64,000 nucleotides of DNA from an uncultured Alphaproteobacteria bacterium (GTDB taxonomy: Bacteria > Pseudomonadota > Alphaproteobacteria > Rhizobiales > Rhizobiaceae), in the NCBI GenBank assembly GCA_963760965.1, contig CAVXEW010000007.1:446483-510482 (forward strand). The letters are read 5' to 3'. The position numbers and the translations under genes are program-made. Shown here piece after piece: positions 1 to 12,466 of the stretch. The stretch's first letter is position 1. Every line of letters starts with the position of its first letter. The notes beneath the pieces are model-generated. The model did no database searches. It saw nothing but the letters and a program-made list of their open reading frames with translations, and was not told the DNA's origin.

Positions 1-558
1 CCGCTCAGCCTTCACCTCGTCAACGACACGCCCGGAATGCTCGTGCAGATCCGACGTGCGCTTCGGCCCGACGGGCTCTTCCTGGCGGCGATCCCCGGCT
101 CGGGCACGCTCGCGGAATTGCGCGAGAGCTTGCTGGCCGCGGAGGTCGCGGCCTCGGGCGGCGCCAGCCCGCGCGTCATTCCGTTCGGCGAGGTAAGGGA
201 CTACGGTGCGCTTCTGCAGCGTGCCGGCTTCGCCCTGCCCGTCAGCGACGTCGATGCGTTGACGGTGCGCTACGACACGCTCTTCGACCTGATGCTCGAC
301 CTGCGCGCGATGGGAATGACCAACCCGCTCCTCGGACGCAGCCGGAAGCCTGTCCCCCGCAGCTTTTTCCAGTCGGCGGCCGCGACCTACGCGGAGCGGT
401 TTGCCGACCCGGACGGCCGGGTGCGCGCGACGTTCTCGACGGTCTATCTCTCCGGATGGGCGCCGCATGAAAACCAGCAGAAGCCCTTGCGCCCGGGTTC
501 GGCAGGCACCCGCCTTGCCGACGCGCTTGGCGTACGCGAAACGAAGCTTCGCAGCTGA
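1..558 (+). CDS. class I SAM-dependent methyltransferase, C-terminal part (5' end outside window)
   Basis: Frame 1 is open from base 1 (PLSLHLVNDTPGMLVQIRRALRPDGLFLAAIPG...), resembling the post-SAM-motif part of Methyltransf_11-type enzymes. Stop at 556-558. Confidence 0.6.
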   Translation, partial: PLSLHLVNDTPGMLVQIRRALRPDGLFLAAIPGSGTLAELRESLLAAEVAASGGASPRVIPFGEVRDYGALLQRAGFALPVSDVDALTVRYDTLFDLMLDLRAMGMTNPLLGRSRKPVPRSFFQSAAATYAERFADPDGRVRATFSTVYLSGWAPHENQQKPLRPGSAGTRLADALGVRETKLRS

Positions 559-566
559 CGCTTCTG

Positions 567-755
567 CTACAAGGCGCCGGCGATCCTCAGCAAGACGTTC
601 CCTATCGCCGTCCCGAGAGGGGTCAGGCCGGCGACCAGAGCCAGCCCGATCAGCGATGCGAGCAGGCCGTATTCGACTGCGGTCGAGCCGCGCGCGTCGC
701 CGCTGGACCCGAGCAGCCTCAGCAAGGCGGCCTCCCGCCGCGGCGCGCTCAGCAA
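567..755 (-). CDS. flp: Flp/Fap family pilin
   Basis: 62-aa ORF with a charged leader followed by the Flp signature G-STAVEYGLLASLIGLALV hydrophobic segment. Overlaps the stop of the upstream small ORF by 7 nt. Confidence 0.8.
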   Translation of the reverse strand: MLSAPRREAALLRLLGSSGDARGSTAVEYGLLASLIGLALVAGLTPLGTAIGNVLLRIAGAL

Positions 756-1066
756 GCGCCCCTGCGGGTGCCGTCGGCACTTATGATGCAGAGCGCATCC
801 GGCATTGGCTGCGTCACGCTGCGGCGTATCGTGTATGTGCCCGCGTTTCCGGTACTGATTGATCCCGTGGTGAGTGTATCGAAGCCGGAAGCCCTGCTGG
901 CCGCCATCTCCCGTTCCTGGCGGCTGGCAAGCAACGGCGCGACCACGATTGCGACCGCTATGACAACGGCGCCGAACAGCAGGGCTGCCCTGAGCGTTCC
1001 GACGGCAGCCATGTTGCCGCTTTCGCCCTTGTTGCGCACCGTCGTCCAGAAGTCGTTCTTGTCCAT
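749..1066 (-). CDS. hypothetical small membrane protein (start ambiguous: 1105, 1066 or 1012)
   Basis: ORF 749..1105 contains one clear TM segment (LRAALLFGAVVIAVAIVVAPLLA). No purine-rich RBS precedes the 1105 ATG; GGTGG precedes the 1066 ATG. Co-oriented and overlapping with flp. Confidence 0.45.
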   Translation of the reverse strand: MDKNDFWTTVRNKGESGNMAAVGTLRAALLFGAVVIAVAIVVAPLLASRQEREMAASRASGFDTLTTGSISTGNAGTYTIRRSVTQPMPDALCIISADGTRRGAC

Positions 1067-1118
1067 GTCGCCCACCACCAACGCCCGCGATAATCGCTGC
1101 GACATTAGTAGGGGGGAA

Positions 1119-1133
1119 TAAACTTTCGATTAA
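1119..1133 (-). promoter_or_regulatory. near-consensus CtrA-type box (TTAA-N7-TTTA) upstream of the small-ORF/flp operon
   Basis: Minus strand reads TTAATCGAAAGTTTA, one mismatch from TTAA-N7-TTAA. It sits in the only AT-rich spot of the 1106-1178 spacer. Confidence 0.3.
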
Positions 1134-1178
1134 CGGAAGGTTCGCGCCACGCCACGCCTCGCCTCGCCGCTCGCGCGA

Positions 1179-1598
1179 CTAGAGGACATCCTGCAGGAAG
1201 GGGATGAGCGGCGCGTCGGCGGGCGGCATCGCGAAGGAGCGCAGCTGCGCGGCGCGGACCCACTTGAGCGCCTGCCCCTCTCGGGCAAGCGGAGAGCCCC
1301 GATAGCGCCGGCATATGAAAAGCGGCATCAGCAGATGGAAGCTCTCGTAGGCATGGCTGGCGAATGTCAGCGGCGCCAGGCAACCGACCTCCGTCTCGAC
1401 CCCCAGTTCCTCGTCCAGTTCGCGCAGCAGCGCCTGCTCGGGCGTCTCGCCCGGTTCGACCTTGCCGCCGGGAAATTCCCAGAGACCGGCCAGCGACTTG
1501 CCTTCGGGCCGCTGCGCAATCAGCACGCGGCGGTCTGCATCGACCAGCGCGCAGGCGACGACGAGCACGATGGGCTTCTTCCGGTCCGCTGCGATCAT
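1179..1598 (-). CDS. mutT: 8-oxo-dGTP diphosphatase / Nudix hydrolase (MutT-like)
   Basis: 139 aa with the Nudix box GGKVEPGETPEQALLRELDEELGV. Typical MutT length. Confidence 0.85.
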   Translation of the reverse strand: MIAADRKKPIVLVVACALVDADRRVLIAQRPEGKSLAGLWEFPGGKVEPGETPEQALLRELDEELGVETEVGCLAPLTFASHAYESFHLLMPLFICRRYRGSPLAREGQALKWVRAAQLRSFAMPPADAPLIPFLQDVL

Positions 1599-2386
1599 GC
1601 CTCGGGCTGCCGTCTGTAGGAATAGCGATAGACTTCGCTGAACCCGAAACCGCGATAGAGCGCCAGCGCCGGTGCATTCGCAGCCTCGACCTGCAGCCAG
1701 GCCTTCTCGGCCCCGCGCAGGCGCGCCCAGCGAAGTGCGGTCGCGACAACCGTTCGGCCATGGCCGCGTCCCCTGAGGTCGGCGCGCGTCGCCAGTTCGA
1801 AAATGCCGGCCAGATCGTTGTCGTGAATGCAGAGCGCGGTCGCCGCAGGCCCGGAGGTCTCGCCGTCGAGCACGAACAGCCCGCTCGGGGGGCGGATCGA
1901 GGTCAGGACCTCCGTCAGCCCTGGCTTGAGCGACCTGTCCCGCCCGTGCACCTTGAGCGATGCGTCCACGTAGCGACCGACATCGCGCAGCGGCAACTGG
2001 TCCAGCGCTCCTTCGAGATCGAGATTGCGGATGTCCGCCATGAGCACCAGCGTTTCCTCGAAACGCGTCCAGCCGTTGTCGTCGAAGAATGCCTCGAGCT
2101 CGGGCGGCGCGAGCGGTGTCTGGCGAAAGACGAGCGGACGCCCGTAGGCGCTGAACCGCTGGGCAGTGCGCTCGACGCGGCCGGAAATATCGTAGTGGTC
2201 GGATGGGTCCAGCGGATTGACCGAGTTAAGCCTCTTCGAGGGATGGCCGGCCGTCAGCCGGAGCTGCCAGCTGCCGTCATATTGTATTGATGCCGCCGGC
2301 CAGGCGCGGAAGCCCACCGCCTCCAGCCGGCGAACGACTGCAAGGTCCGGTGTCACGCCGGCGAATGTCCCTGAAGCTTCTGCCAT
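1595..2386 (-). CDS. GNAT family N-acetyltransferase
   Basis: C-terminal acetyl-CoA motif RGRGHGRTVVATALRWARLRGAEKAWLQVEAANAPALALYRGFGF. Start taken at MAEASGTF to avoid running into argJ. 4-nt overlap with mutT. Confidence 0.7.
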   Translation of the reverse strand: MAEASGTFAGVTPDLAVVRRLEAVGFRAWPAASIQYDGSWQLRLTAGHPSKRLNSVNPLDPSDHYDISGRVERTAQRFSAYGRPLVFRQTPLAPPELEAFFDDNGWTRFEETLVLMADIRNLDLEGALDQLPLRDVGRYVDASLKVHGRDRSLKPGLTEVLTSIRPPSGLFVLDGETSGPAATALCIHDNDLAGIFELATRADLRGRGHGRTVVATALRWARLRGAEKAWLQVEAANAPALALYRGFGFSEVYRYSYRRQPEA

Positions 2387-2441
2387 GTCCGATCCAACAA
2401 GCGTGGGCACGGCATCGGCTGTACGATGCCGGTGATTTCGA

Positions 2442-3683
2442 TCAACTCCGATAGTCGCCGTTGATTGCCACATATTCCTTCGTCAGGTCGCATGTCCAGA
2501 CGGTGGCCTTGCCCCGGCCCAGGCCGAGGTCGACCCGAATCAGGATTTCGTCCCGCTTCATCACCGCGGAAGCCGCCTCCTCCGAATAGTCCGGGTCGCG
2601 TTCTCCGTCGACGGCGACGCGTACGTCGCCGAACCAGATCGCCAGCCTGTCGCGCTCCGCCCTCTCGCCGGCCTTGCCGACCGCCATCACGACACGGCCC
2701 CAGTTGGCGTCCTCGCCTGCGACCGCCGTCTTCACGAGGGGCGAATTGGCGATCGAACGCGCGATCTTTCTCGCCGCTGGTGCCGACGTGGCGCCCGTCA
2801 CATTGATCTCGACGAGCTTCCGGGCGCCTTCCCCATCCCGCACGATCTGCAGCGCGAGGTCACGCATGAGGTCGAAGAGGGCTCGCCGGAAGCCGGAGAG
2901 ACGCCGGTCGGAGAGCGAGGTGACCGGCTCCTGGCCGCGCATCCCGGCCGCCCCGGTCGCAAAGAGCAGCAGCGTGTCGGAGGTGGACGTATCGCTGTCG
3001 ACCGTCACCGAATTGAAGGTCGGGCCGGTCCCCTTCGAAAGCAGCGCCTGCAGGACCTGGGCGTCGATCGCCGCGTCTGTGACGATGAAAGAGAGCATTG
3101 TCGCCATGTCCGGCGCAATCATGCCAGCCCCCTTGGCGATTCCGTTGATCGTGACGGCGACCCCGCCGATCCTGGCGGTGCGCGTCGCGACCTTCGGGAA
3201 CGTGTCCGTCGTCATGATAGCCCTGGCGGCCTCGAGCCAGAGATCGCCGTCCGCCCGGCCCGCCATGTCATCGAGCACGCCGGAGAATTTCGTTGCGTCG
3301 AGCGGCTCCCCGATCACGCCGGTCGAGGCCAGGAAGACCTCGCCCTCCGCGCATCCGGCCGCCGCGGCCGCCGAGCGGGCGGTCATCTCGGTCGCCTCCG
3401 CACCCTTCCTGCCCGTGAAGGCATTGGCATTGCCGGAATTGACGACGAGCGCCTGCGCCGTCCGACCGCCGAGGTTGCGCCGACAGAAGTCCACCGGCGC
3501 CGACGGGCAGAGTGACCGCGTGAAGACCCCGGCAACCGCGGTCGGGCGGTCGAAGACCATCATCAGCACGTCCGTGCGGTTCTTGTACTTGATGCCGGCG
3601 GCAGCGGTCGCCATGCGCACGCCCTCGATGGGCGGCAGGGTGGCGAAGGCCTTGGGCGCGAGCGGAGAAACGTTGTCGGCCAT
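2442..3683 (-). CDS. argJ: bifunctional glutamate N-acetyltransferase / amino-acid acetyltransferase
   Basis: 413 aa from [11 protein letters not shown]. Contains the autoproteolysis motif [14 protein letters not shown] and is ArgJ-like end to end. Confidence 0.95.
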   Translation of the reverse strand: MADNVSPLAPKAFATLPPIEGVRMATAAAGIKYKNRTDVLMMVFDRPTAVAGVFTRSLCPSAPVDFCRRNLGGRTAQALVVNSGNANAFTGRKGAEATEMTARSAAAAAGCAEGEVFLASTGVIGEPLDATKFSGVLDDMAGRADGDLWLEAARAIMTTDTFPKVATRTARIGGVAVTINGIAKGAGMIAPDMATMLSFIVTDAAIDAQVLQALLSKGTGPTFNSVTVDSDTSTSDTLLLFATGAAGMRGQEPVTSLSDRRLSGFRRALFDLMRDLALQIVRDGEGARKLVEINVTGATSAPAARKIARSIANSPLVKTAVAGEDANWGRVVMAVGKAGERAERDRLAIWFGDVRVAVDGERDPDYSEEAASAVMKRDEILIRVDLGLGRGKATVWTCDLTKEYVAINGDYRS

Positions 3684-3740
3684 CTGGTACTTCCGGATCG
3701 GGCGGCGTGAGCTCGGGCAGGAAACCTGCCACCGTGAACG

Positions 3741-3773
3741 AACGGCCCGCGCGGCATGTCCGCACGGGCCGTT
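3741..3773 (-). terminator. possible intrinsic terminator downstream of the PPIase gene
   Basis: 9-bp stem AACGGCCCG / CGGGCCGTT (3741-3749 with 3765-3773) and a 15-nt loop. On the minus strand it is followed by CGTTCA, a weak U tract. Confidence 0.35.
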
Positions 3774-3780
3774 GTCTGCA

Positions 3781-4728
3781 TCAGTTGGCGCTGTCGGTCG
3801 CCTTCGTGCTGTCGCCGCCTGTCGGCGTGCCCGCGTTGGCGGCATCGTATGCCTTCTTGAGCTGCGGATCCTTGATGTCGACCTTCATATCCTTCCGAGC
3901 GCTCTGAAGCACCTCGAGATAGCGTTCGCGCATCAGCACCTGCTTGACCTGGCCCGAAACCTTGTCGAGCGGCGGCGGCGGCGCCTTGCGCTTGTCCTCC
4001 ACCTGGATGACGTGCCAGCCGAACTGCGTCTTCACCGGCTTCTCCGTATACTGGCCCGGCTTCAGAGCGAAGGCGGCCTTCTCGAACTCGGGAACCATCT
4101 GGCCCTGTGTGAAATAGCCGAGCTCGCCGCCCTTGGCAGCGCTCGGACCGGTCGACTTCTCCTTCGCAAGCTTGGCGAAATCGGCGCCGTTGTCGAGCTG
4201 CTTGATGATATCCTCGGCTTCCTTCTTGGTCTTCACCAGGATATGCCGCGCCTTGACTTCCTCTTCGGGCGGCTGGGCGGCGACTTCCTTCTCGTAGCGC
4301 GCCTTGACGTCGGCGTCGGAGATGCTGTCGACGACCTTGTCCTTGAAATAGAGATTGTGCAGCGCGCGCTCGCGCGTGAACTGCATCTCGTGCTTGAATT
4401 CTTCCGACTTGTCGAGGCCGGCGTCCTCGGCCTTCTTCGCCAGCATCTTGACGTCGACGGCCGTCGACAGTGCGGCAACACGTCGCTGCGCCTCCGGCAT
4501 CTTTGCGAATTGGGGGTCGAGGCTGCCCTCGGCCATGTCCAGTTCCCACTGATGGATGTCCATGCCGCCGACTGTGGCTATGATTTTGTTCGGATCGGGC
4601 TTCGTGGCCGTGCTGTCGCTGGCAGCGCCGGCATCGACGGGCGCTTTTGTGTCAGCGGCAACGGCTGGGACCTGCGCGCCTGCGAAAAGCGCGACGAGCG
4701 CAGCGGCGAGCATGGTGGAATAACGCAT
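3781..4728 (-). CDS. parvulin-type peptidylprolyl isomerase (SurA/PpiD-like, periplasmic)
   Basis: Signal peptide [24 protein letters not shown]. Parvulin domain [15 protein letters not shown]...[17 protein letters not shown]...[12 protein letters not shown]. Confidence 0.85.
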   Translation of the reverse strand: MRYSTMLAAALVALFAGAQVPAVAADTKAPVDAGAASDSTATKPDPNKIIATVGGMDIHQWELDMAEGSLDPQFAKMPEAQRRVAALSTAVDVKMLAKKAEDAGLDKSEEFKHEMQFTRERALHNLYFKDKVVDSISDADVKARYEKEVAAQPPEEEVKARHILVKTKKEAEDIIKQLDNGADFAKLAKEKSTGPSAAKGGELGYFTQGQMVPEFEKAAFALKPGQYTEKPVKTQFGWHVIQVEDKRKAPPPPLDKVSGQVKQVLMRERYLEVLQSARKDMKVDIKDPQLKKAYDAANAGTPTGGDSTKATDSAN

Positions 4729-4980
4729 GATTGTTCTGGCCTCTGTTGTTTTCGTTTGACGGAGCCACGCCAGGGCGCCGGGCGTCCGGCGCTGCGGTCG
4801 GCGCATCTGCCACCGGTGCGGCGTTGACATCCTCCGACCCCCCTCTTATCTGTCACGCAACCTTGCGTCCAGACAAGTTTCCGGACTGTTCTGGCGGCCT
4901 GCGTGCCTCTTGCGTTGTCTTGGAGAGCACCGTCGCGGCGGATGATGTCCGGCAGACAACCAAGAGAAAGGACCATCTAC

Positions 4981-7704
<2,724 letters not shown>

Positions 7705-7883
7705 CGGCGACGACCGAGAGGCAGCGACAGGTGCGACCGCTGGGGCCGTGAGCCGGCGGTTGCACGACCGTTTGCCGTCGGTCTCATTCCCCGCGAATCC
7801 ATGCCCCGGGGGACTGGGGCGAACCCTTTGTTAAGGTTGATGTGACACGTTCCGGCGATCCTTTTCGTTGAGGCGCAAGAGAC

Positions 7884-9314
7884 GTGGCGATTAGCGTCAT
7901 CGATACCGCAGAACGACTTCTGCCGTCTCGCCTTTGGCGCCGGGCGGAGCCTTTCGTCGTCAAGCTCGACCGGATGCTGGGCGCCTCCGGCGAACGTGCG
8001 GTCGCCCAGCGCATGTCGCTGCTCGCCTTCGGTATCCGGATCGCCAGCGCGGCCATCGCCTTCTTGTCCCAGGTCGTGCTGGCCCGCTACCTCGGAGCCT
8101 TCCAGTACGGCATCTATGTCTTTGTCTGGACCACGGCGATCATTGTCGGCACGCTTGCCTGCCTCGGCTTCGACATTGCCGTCATCCGTTTCCTCCCGAA
8201 ATACCGCGCTGCAGGCGCTCATGCGGAGATCCGCGGTCTGACCGTCGCCGCCCGGCTGACGGCTCTGATCGGCGCCATCTTCATCGGTGCAGTCGGCATC
8301 ACGCTTCTCGTGTTCTTCGGCAGCGCGATCAGGAGCTACTACGTGGTTCCGCTCTACATCGGCATTCTCATCCTGCCGATGGTCGCGCTCAACGACGTGC
8401 TGGACGGCACCTCCCGGGCGAACGGCTGGATCGTCAACGCGCTGGCGCCGGGCTTCATCGTCCGGCCGCTGCTCATCCTCCTTTTCGTCACGCTCGCAAT
8501 GACGCTCGGGACGGGCCTGTCGGCGACCACGGCGCTGATGTGCGCGCTTGCGGCCACCTACGTCACCACCGTTAGCCAATATCTCTTCGTCAGGCACCGG
8601 CTCGGCCATCACTTCAGCGGCGGGACGCTGTCGGTCGATCTCTGGCCCTGGATGAAGGTCTCCCTGCCGATCTTCGTGGTCGAAGGCTTCAATTTCCTGC
8701 TGACCAACTCTGACGTGATCGTCGTCGGCCTCTTCCTTCCGCCGGACAGGGTGGCCATCTACTTCGCCGCCGCCAAGTCGATGGCGCTGGTGCATTTCGT
8801 CCATTTCGCCGTGAAAGCCGGCGCTGGCCCGCGCTTCTCCGAGCTGATCGCAACAGGGCGGCGCGACGATCTCGCGAGCTCGGTGCACGAGACGATCCTG
8901 TGGAGCTTCTGGCCCTCTCTCGCGGTCGGCGGCGTCGTCGTCGCGCTTGGGCCGTTTCTGCTCTCGCTGTTCGGACACGGCTTCAAGTCGGGCGTCGGCA
9001 TCATGGCCCTGCTCTTCGTCGGCATTATCGCGAAGGCTTCGGTCGGGCCGGGCGAGGTCCTCCTCACCATGGCGGACCAGCAGAAAGTCTGTGTCCTGGT
9101 CTATGCCGGCGCGCTCACTGTCAATATCACCCTCAACGTCGTCCTCATCCCGCTCTATGGCATCTACGGGGCGGCCGCAGCGACGGCGATCGCGATGGTG
9201 GTCGAGGCAGTGCTACTCTTCATCGTCATCCGGCGCACGCTCGGCATCGCCACATTCGCCTTCGCCCCCGCCCGCTGGCGGCAGGGCGGCTCGGGCGAAG
9301 CCGGGGCCGGTTGA
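7884..9314 (+). CDS. oligosaccharide/polysaccharide flippase family protein (Wzx/MOP-like, 'lipopolysaccharide biosynthesis protein')
   Basis: 476 aa, about 12-14 hydrophobic segments, Polysacc_synt-like layout. GTG start. Confidence 0.7.
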   Translation: MAISVIDTAERLLPSRLWRRAEPFVVKLDRMLGASGERAVAQRMSLLAFGIRIASAAIAFLSQVVLARYLGAFQYGIYVFVWTTAIIVGTLACLGFDIAVIRFLPKYRAAGAHAEIRGLTVAARLTALIGAIFIGAVGITLLVFFGSAIRSYYVVPLYIGILILPMVALNDVLDGTSRANGWIVNALAPGFIVRPLLILLFVTLAMTLGTGLSATTALMCALAATYVTTVSQYLFVRHRLGHHFSGGTLSVDLWPWMKVSLPIFVVEGFNFLLTNSDVIVVGLFLPPDRVAIYFAAAKSMALVHFVHFAVKAGAGPRFSELIATGRRDDLASSVHETILWSFWPSLAVGGVVVALGPFLLSLFGHGFKSGVGIMALLFVGIIAKASVGPGEVLLTMADQQKVCVLVYAGALTVNITLNVVLIPLYGIYGAAAATAIAMVVEAVLLFIVIRRTLGIATFAFAPARWRQGGSGEAGAG

Positions 9315-9316
9315 CG

Positions 9317-10600
9317 ATGCCGGCTCCCGGTCACGACATTGAAAACGGCGGCGTCTCCGCACCCCCCCCGTCCGGAATGGCCGCCCTCCAGCCGCCCCCG
9401 CCAGGCGACGCGACCCTGGGCCTCGGTCGCGCGGGCCGCTCCCTGACCATCTATCCCGCCGAGGCCGGCTACGAACTGCAGCCCGAGCTCGACTTCCTGA
9501 CCTATCGCGCGCTGGAACCGAACGCGTTCTATTCCGGCCGCTTCCTCGCGCCGGCGATGCCGCGGCTCGAGGACCGGCTGATCCGCCTTCTGGTCATGCG
9601 CGATACCAGCGAAGCGCGCAGCCGGCTGAGATTCGTCATGCCGTTCTCCATCGAGCGGCCCGGCTTTGCCGTCGGCCCCTCCATCATGCGCACATGGGCG
9701 AATTCCTTCGGCCCTCTCGGCACGCCGCTGCTCGACGCGGAAGACGCGGCGGAGACGATCGAGGACCTGCTCGAAGGGCTGACGTCGAAGGCCCTGGGCC
9801 TTCCGCGCGTCCTCGTCCTCCCGGACCTCCGGCTGGACGGTCCGACCACTCGCACTTTGCGCGCCGTAGCGATTTCCCGCAACCTGCCGATAACCGAGAC
9901 CCTGCCGCAGGAACGCCCCGTCCTGGAAAGCCTGCTGGACGGAGAGACCTATCTCCGTCAGGCGCTCTCGAAGAACCACCTGCGCGAGATGAACCGGCAG
10001 TGGTCGAGGCTGCAGGAGTTCGGACGGCTTACCCACGAAGTCGCCCGGCAGCCAGGGGAAATCGGCCAGCGTCTCGAGGAATTCCTGGCGCTGGAGGCCG
10101 ACGGCTGGAAGGGCAGGCAGCGCTCGGCCATGGTTTCCGACCGCTATCGCGCGGCCTTCGCCCGCGAGGCGGTGACCAACCTCGCCGAGATCGACGCCGT
10201 GAGGATTCATACCCTCAACCTCGACGGAGCAGCGATCTCAAGCATGATCGTCTTCGTGCTCTCCGGCGAGGCCTACACCTGGAAGACCGCATATGACGAA
10301 AACTTCGCCCGCTATTCGCCGGGCAAGCTCCTGATGATGCGGCTGACCGAATGGCATCTCGACGACGCCAACATCCTGCGCACGGATTCCTGCGCGGTGC
10401 CGGATCACCCCATCATGAGCCGCTTCTGGCGCGAACGGATCCGGATGGGCACGCTGGTCATCGGCCTGGACCCGCAGCGCGACCGGGACGTGAGACAGGT
10501 GGCGACGCAACTCCACCTCTACCAGAATACCCGGAACCTCGCGCGCAGGCTGCGTGAGCGGGTCCGATCGCTCGCACGCCAGCACCGCGGCGAAGGCTGA
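9317..10600 (+). CDS. GNAT family N-acetyltransferase, CelD/BcsL-like (Acetyltransf_6 type)
   Basis: 427 aa from the ATG 2 nt after the flippase stop. C-terminal part (LEADGWKGRQRSAMVSD...YTWKTAYDENFARYSPGKLLMMRL) resembles CelD-like proteins. Confidence 0.6.
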   Translation: MPAPGHDIENGGVSAPPPSGMAALQPPPPGDATLGLGRAGRSLTIYPAEAGYELQPELDFLTYRALEPNAFYSGRFLAPAMPRLEDRLIRLLVMRDTSEARSRLRFVMPFSIERPGFAVGPSIMRTWANSFGPLGTPLLDAEDAAETIEDLLEGLTSKALGLPRVLVLPDLRLDGPTTRTLRAVAISRNLPITETLPQERPVLESLLDGETYLRQALSKNHLREMNRQWSRLQEFGRLTHEVARQPGEIGQRLEEFLALEADGWKGRQRSAMVSDRYRAAFAREAVTNLAEIDAVRIHTLNLDGAAISSMIVFVLSGEAYTWKTAYDENFARYSPGKLLMMRLTEWHLDDANILRTDSCAVPDHPIMSRFWRERIRMGTLVIGLDPQRDRDVRQVATQLHLYQNTRNLARRLRERVRSLARQHRGEG

Positions 10601-10616
10601 GACGCGCCGGCTCCCG

Positions 10617-12281
10617 TCAGTCCTTCCCAGCCTGTTCCTCCGCGGCGCGCCTTCGCAATTCGCGCCGCACGACCTTGCCGGTGGTGGTCATCGGCAGGCT
10701 GTCGACGAAGGCGACCTCCCTGGGATATTCGTGTGCGGAGAGCCGCTCCCGCACCCACCTGGCGATATCTGCGGCCAGCGCATCGTCGGGCGTAACACCA
10801 GGCTTGACCACGACATAGGCCTTGACGATCTGGGTGCGCACAGCGTCCGGCTTGCCGACCACCGCCGCAAGCGCGACGGCCGGATGGCCGGCAAGGCAGT
10901 CCTCGATCTCCCCGGGGCCGATACGAAAGCCGGAGGAAGTGATGATGTCGTCGTCGCGTCCAAAGAATGTGATGTAGCCTTCGTCGTCCTCGACGGCCTG
11001 GTCGCCGGTCAGCATCCAATCTCCGCGGAACTTCTCGCGCGTTGCCGGCTCGTCCTCCCAGTATCCGAGAAACATGACCGGATCCGGCCAGCGAATGGCT
11101 ATCTCGCCAGCCTGCCCGGCCGGCACCCGGGCGCCAGCGGTGTCGATCAGCGCGACGTCGTGGCCCGGCACCACCTTTCCGATCGCCGGCGGACGTCCCA
11201 CGCCCAGCCGCACGTTCGACGCGACGACGGCGTTGCATTCCGTCTGGCCGTAGAGCTCGTTGACCGGAACGCCGAGTTCCCGTCTTGCCCACTCGTAGGC
11301 CTCCCGTCCGAGCGGTTCGCCGGCCGACGAAACCGAGCGCAGGTCGAACGAGAAGCGCTGGCGCGGCTGGTCGACGGCTGCCATCAGCCGCAGCGCCGTC
11401 GGGGGAATGAAGGCGTTGCGCACCTTCATCTCGGAAAGGATCCTGAAGGCCGTCTCACCGTCGAATTTCTGGGCCCTTGAAGCCACCACCGGAACACCGA
11501 GACTGAGTGCGGGCAACAGAGCGTTCAGGAGTCCTCCCGCCCAGGCCCAGTCTGCAGGCGTCCACATGCGGTCTCCCTGCCGCGGCATGAAATCGTGGAC
11601 GAACTGGATTCCCGGCAAATGGCCGGGCAGCACGCCATGGCCGTGCAGGGCGCCTTTCGGAGGCCCGGTCGTACCGGAGGTGAAAATCATCAGGGCCGGC
11701 GTCTGGGGCGTCGTGCCGGCGGTCTCGAACTCCTGCGGGCCGCCGGCGACCATGTCATCGAAGTCGGCGGCTCCGTCCGACGCAGCCGCTCCGGTCGCCA
11801 CGATGAGTTTCAGCGCCCGCAGGCGATGCCGGATGCCGGCCAGCTTTTCCAGGCCGGTTCCGTCGACGACGATCGCTCTGGCGCCCGAAAGCACGAGACG
11901 GTACTCGATGGCGTCCGGCCCGAAGAGCAGCGCCAGAGGAACGGCAATAGCGCCCAGCTTGTAGATGGCGACATGCGCAATGACCGCCTCGAAACCCTGC
12001 GGCAGCAGAATGGCGACGCGGTCGCCACGGCCGACACCTGCAGCATTCAGGGAACCGGCGAAGGCCGAGGCCTTCGCGGCGAGGGTGCCGTAGGTCATGC
12101 TCGCGTGATCGCCGTCGGGCTCGAAATATTCGAGGCAGACGCGCTCCGGTTCGCGCTCTGCCCATCGGTCCGCAACTGCCCCCGCGATGTTGAAGTGCAC
12201 CGGAACCTCCCATGCGAAATCGCGCATCAGAGCTTCGTAGCTGTACGCAGGCTCAAGCATCTTCATTCCCCTGCCCGCCAA
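10617..12281 (-). CDS. AMP-forming acyl-CoA synthetase (start may be 12260)
   Basis: AMP-binding motif IFTSGTTGPPKG, plus TGD and GKV motifs near the C-terminus. AGGGGA lies 6 nt before the third ATG (12260). Confidence 0.85.
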   Translation of the reverse strand: MAGRGMKMLEPAYSYEALMRDFAWEVPVHFNIAGAVADRWAEREPERVCLEYFEPDGDHASMTYGTLAAKASAFAGSLNAAGVGRGDRVAILLPQGFEAVIAHVAIYKLGAIAVPLALLFGPDAIEYRLVLSGARAIVVDGTGLEKLAGIRHRLRALKLIVATGAAASDGAADFDDMVAGGPQEFETAGTTPQTPALMIFTSGTTGPPKGALHGHGVLPGHLPGIQFVHDFMPRQGDRMWTPADWAWAGGLLNALLPALSLGVPVVASRAQKFDGETAFRILSEMKVRNAFIPPTALRLMAAVDQPRQRFSFDLRSVSSAGEPLGREAYEWARRELGVPVNELYGQTECNAVVASNVRLGVGRPPAIGKVVPGHDVALIDTAGARVPAGQAGEIAIRWPDPVMFLGYWEDEPATREKFRGDWMLTGDQAVEDDEGYITFFGRDDDIITSSGFRIGPGEIEDCLAGHPAVALAAVVGKPDAVRTQIVKAYVVVKPGVTPDDALAADIARWVRERLSAHEYPREVAFVDSLPMTTTGKVVRRELRRRAAEEQAGKD

Positions 12282-12466
12282 GTACGCTTCAGTCGAGCCG
12301 CATTGTCTTCTTATTGTTGGGCTCGCAAGCCGCCCGTCTCATAATTGCCGAGCAACGGCGCCGGCGCAAGCTGTGCCCGAGGCGAGATCCGTTCGTTCTT
12401 TTCGATGGAACCGGCCGGAGCGATCTGCCAGAATGCCGCACTGCAGACTTCCGGACCGGCAGGACC

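Noticed and set aside
8900-9316. 139-codon N-terminal extension of the CelD-like ORF (8900..10600), overlapping the flippase gene out of frame.
   Set aside because: The extension is R/G/A-rich shadow sequence inside a well-supported membrane-protein gene. An ATG at 9317 sits 2 nt after the flippase stop.
12282-12466. LysR-type T-N11-A operator in the divergent acyl-CoA synthetase/LysR spacer (for example TTGTTGGGCTCGCAA).
   Set aside because: It has only a 3-bp dyad arm, and many such matches are expected by chance. Not reported as a feature.
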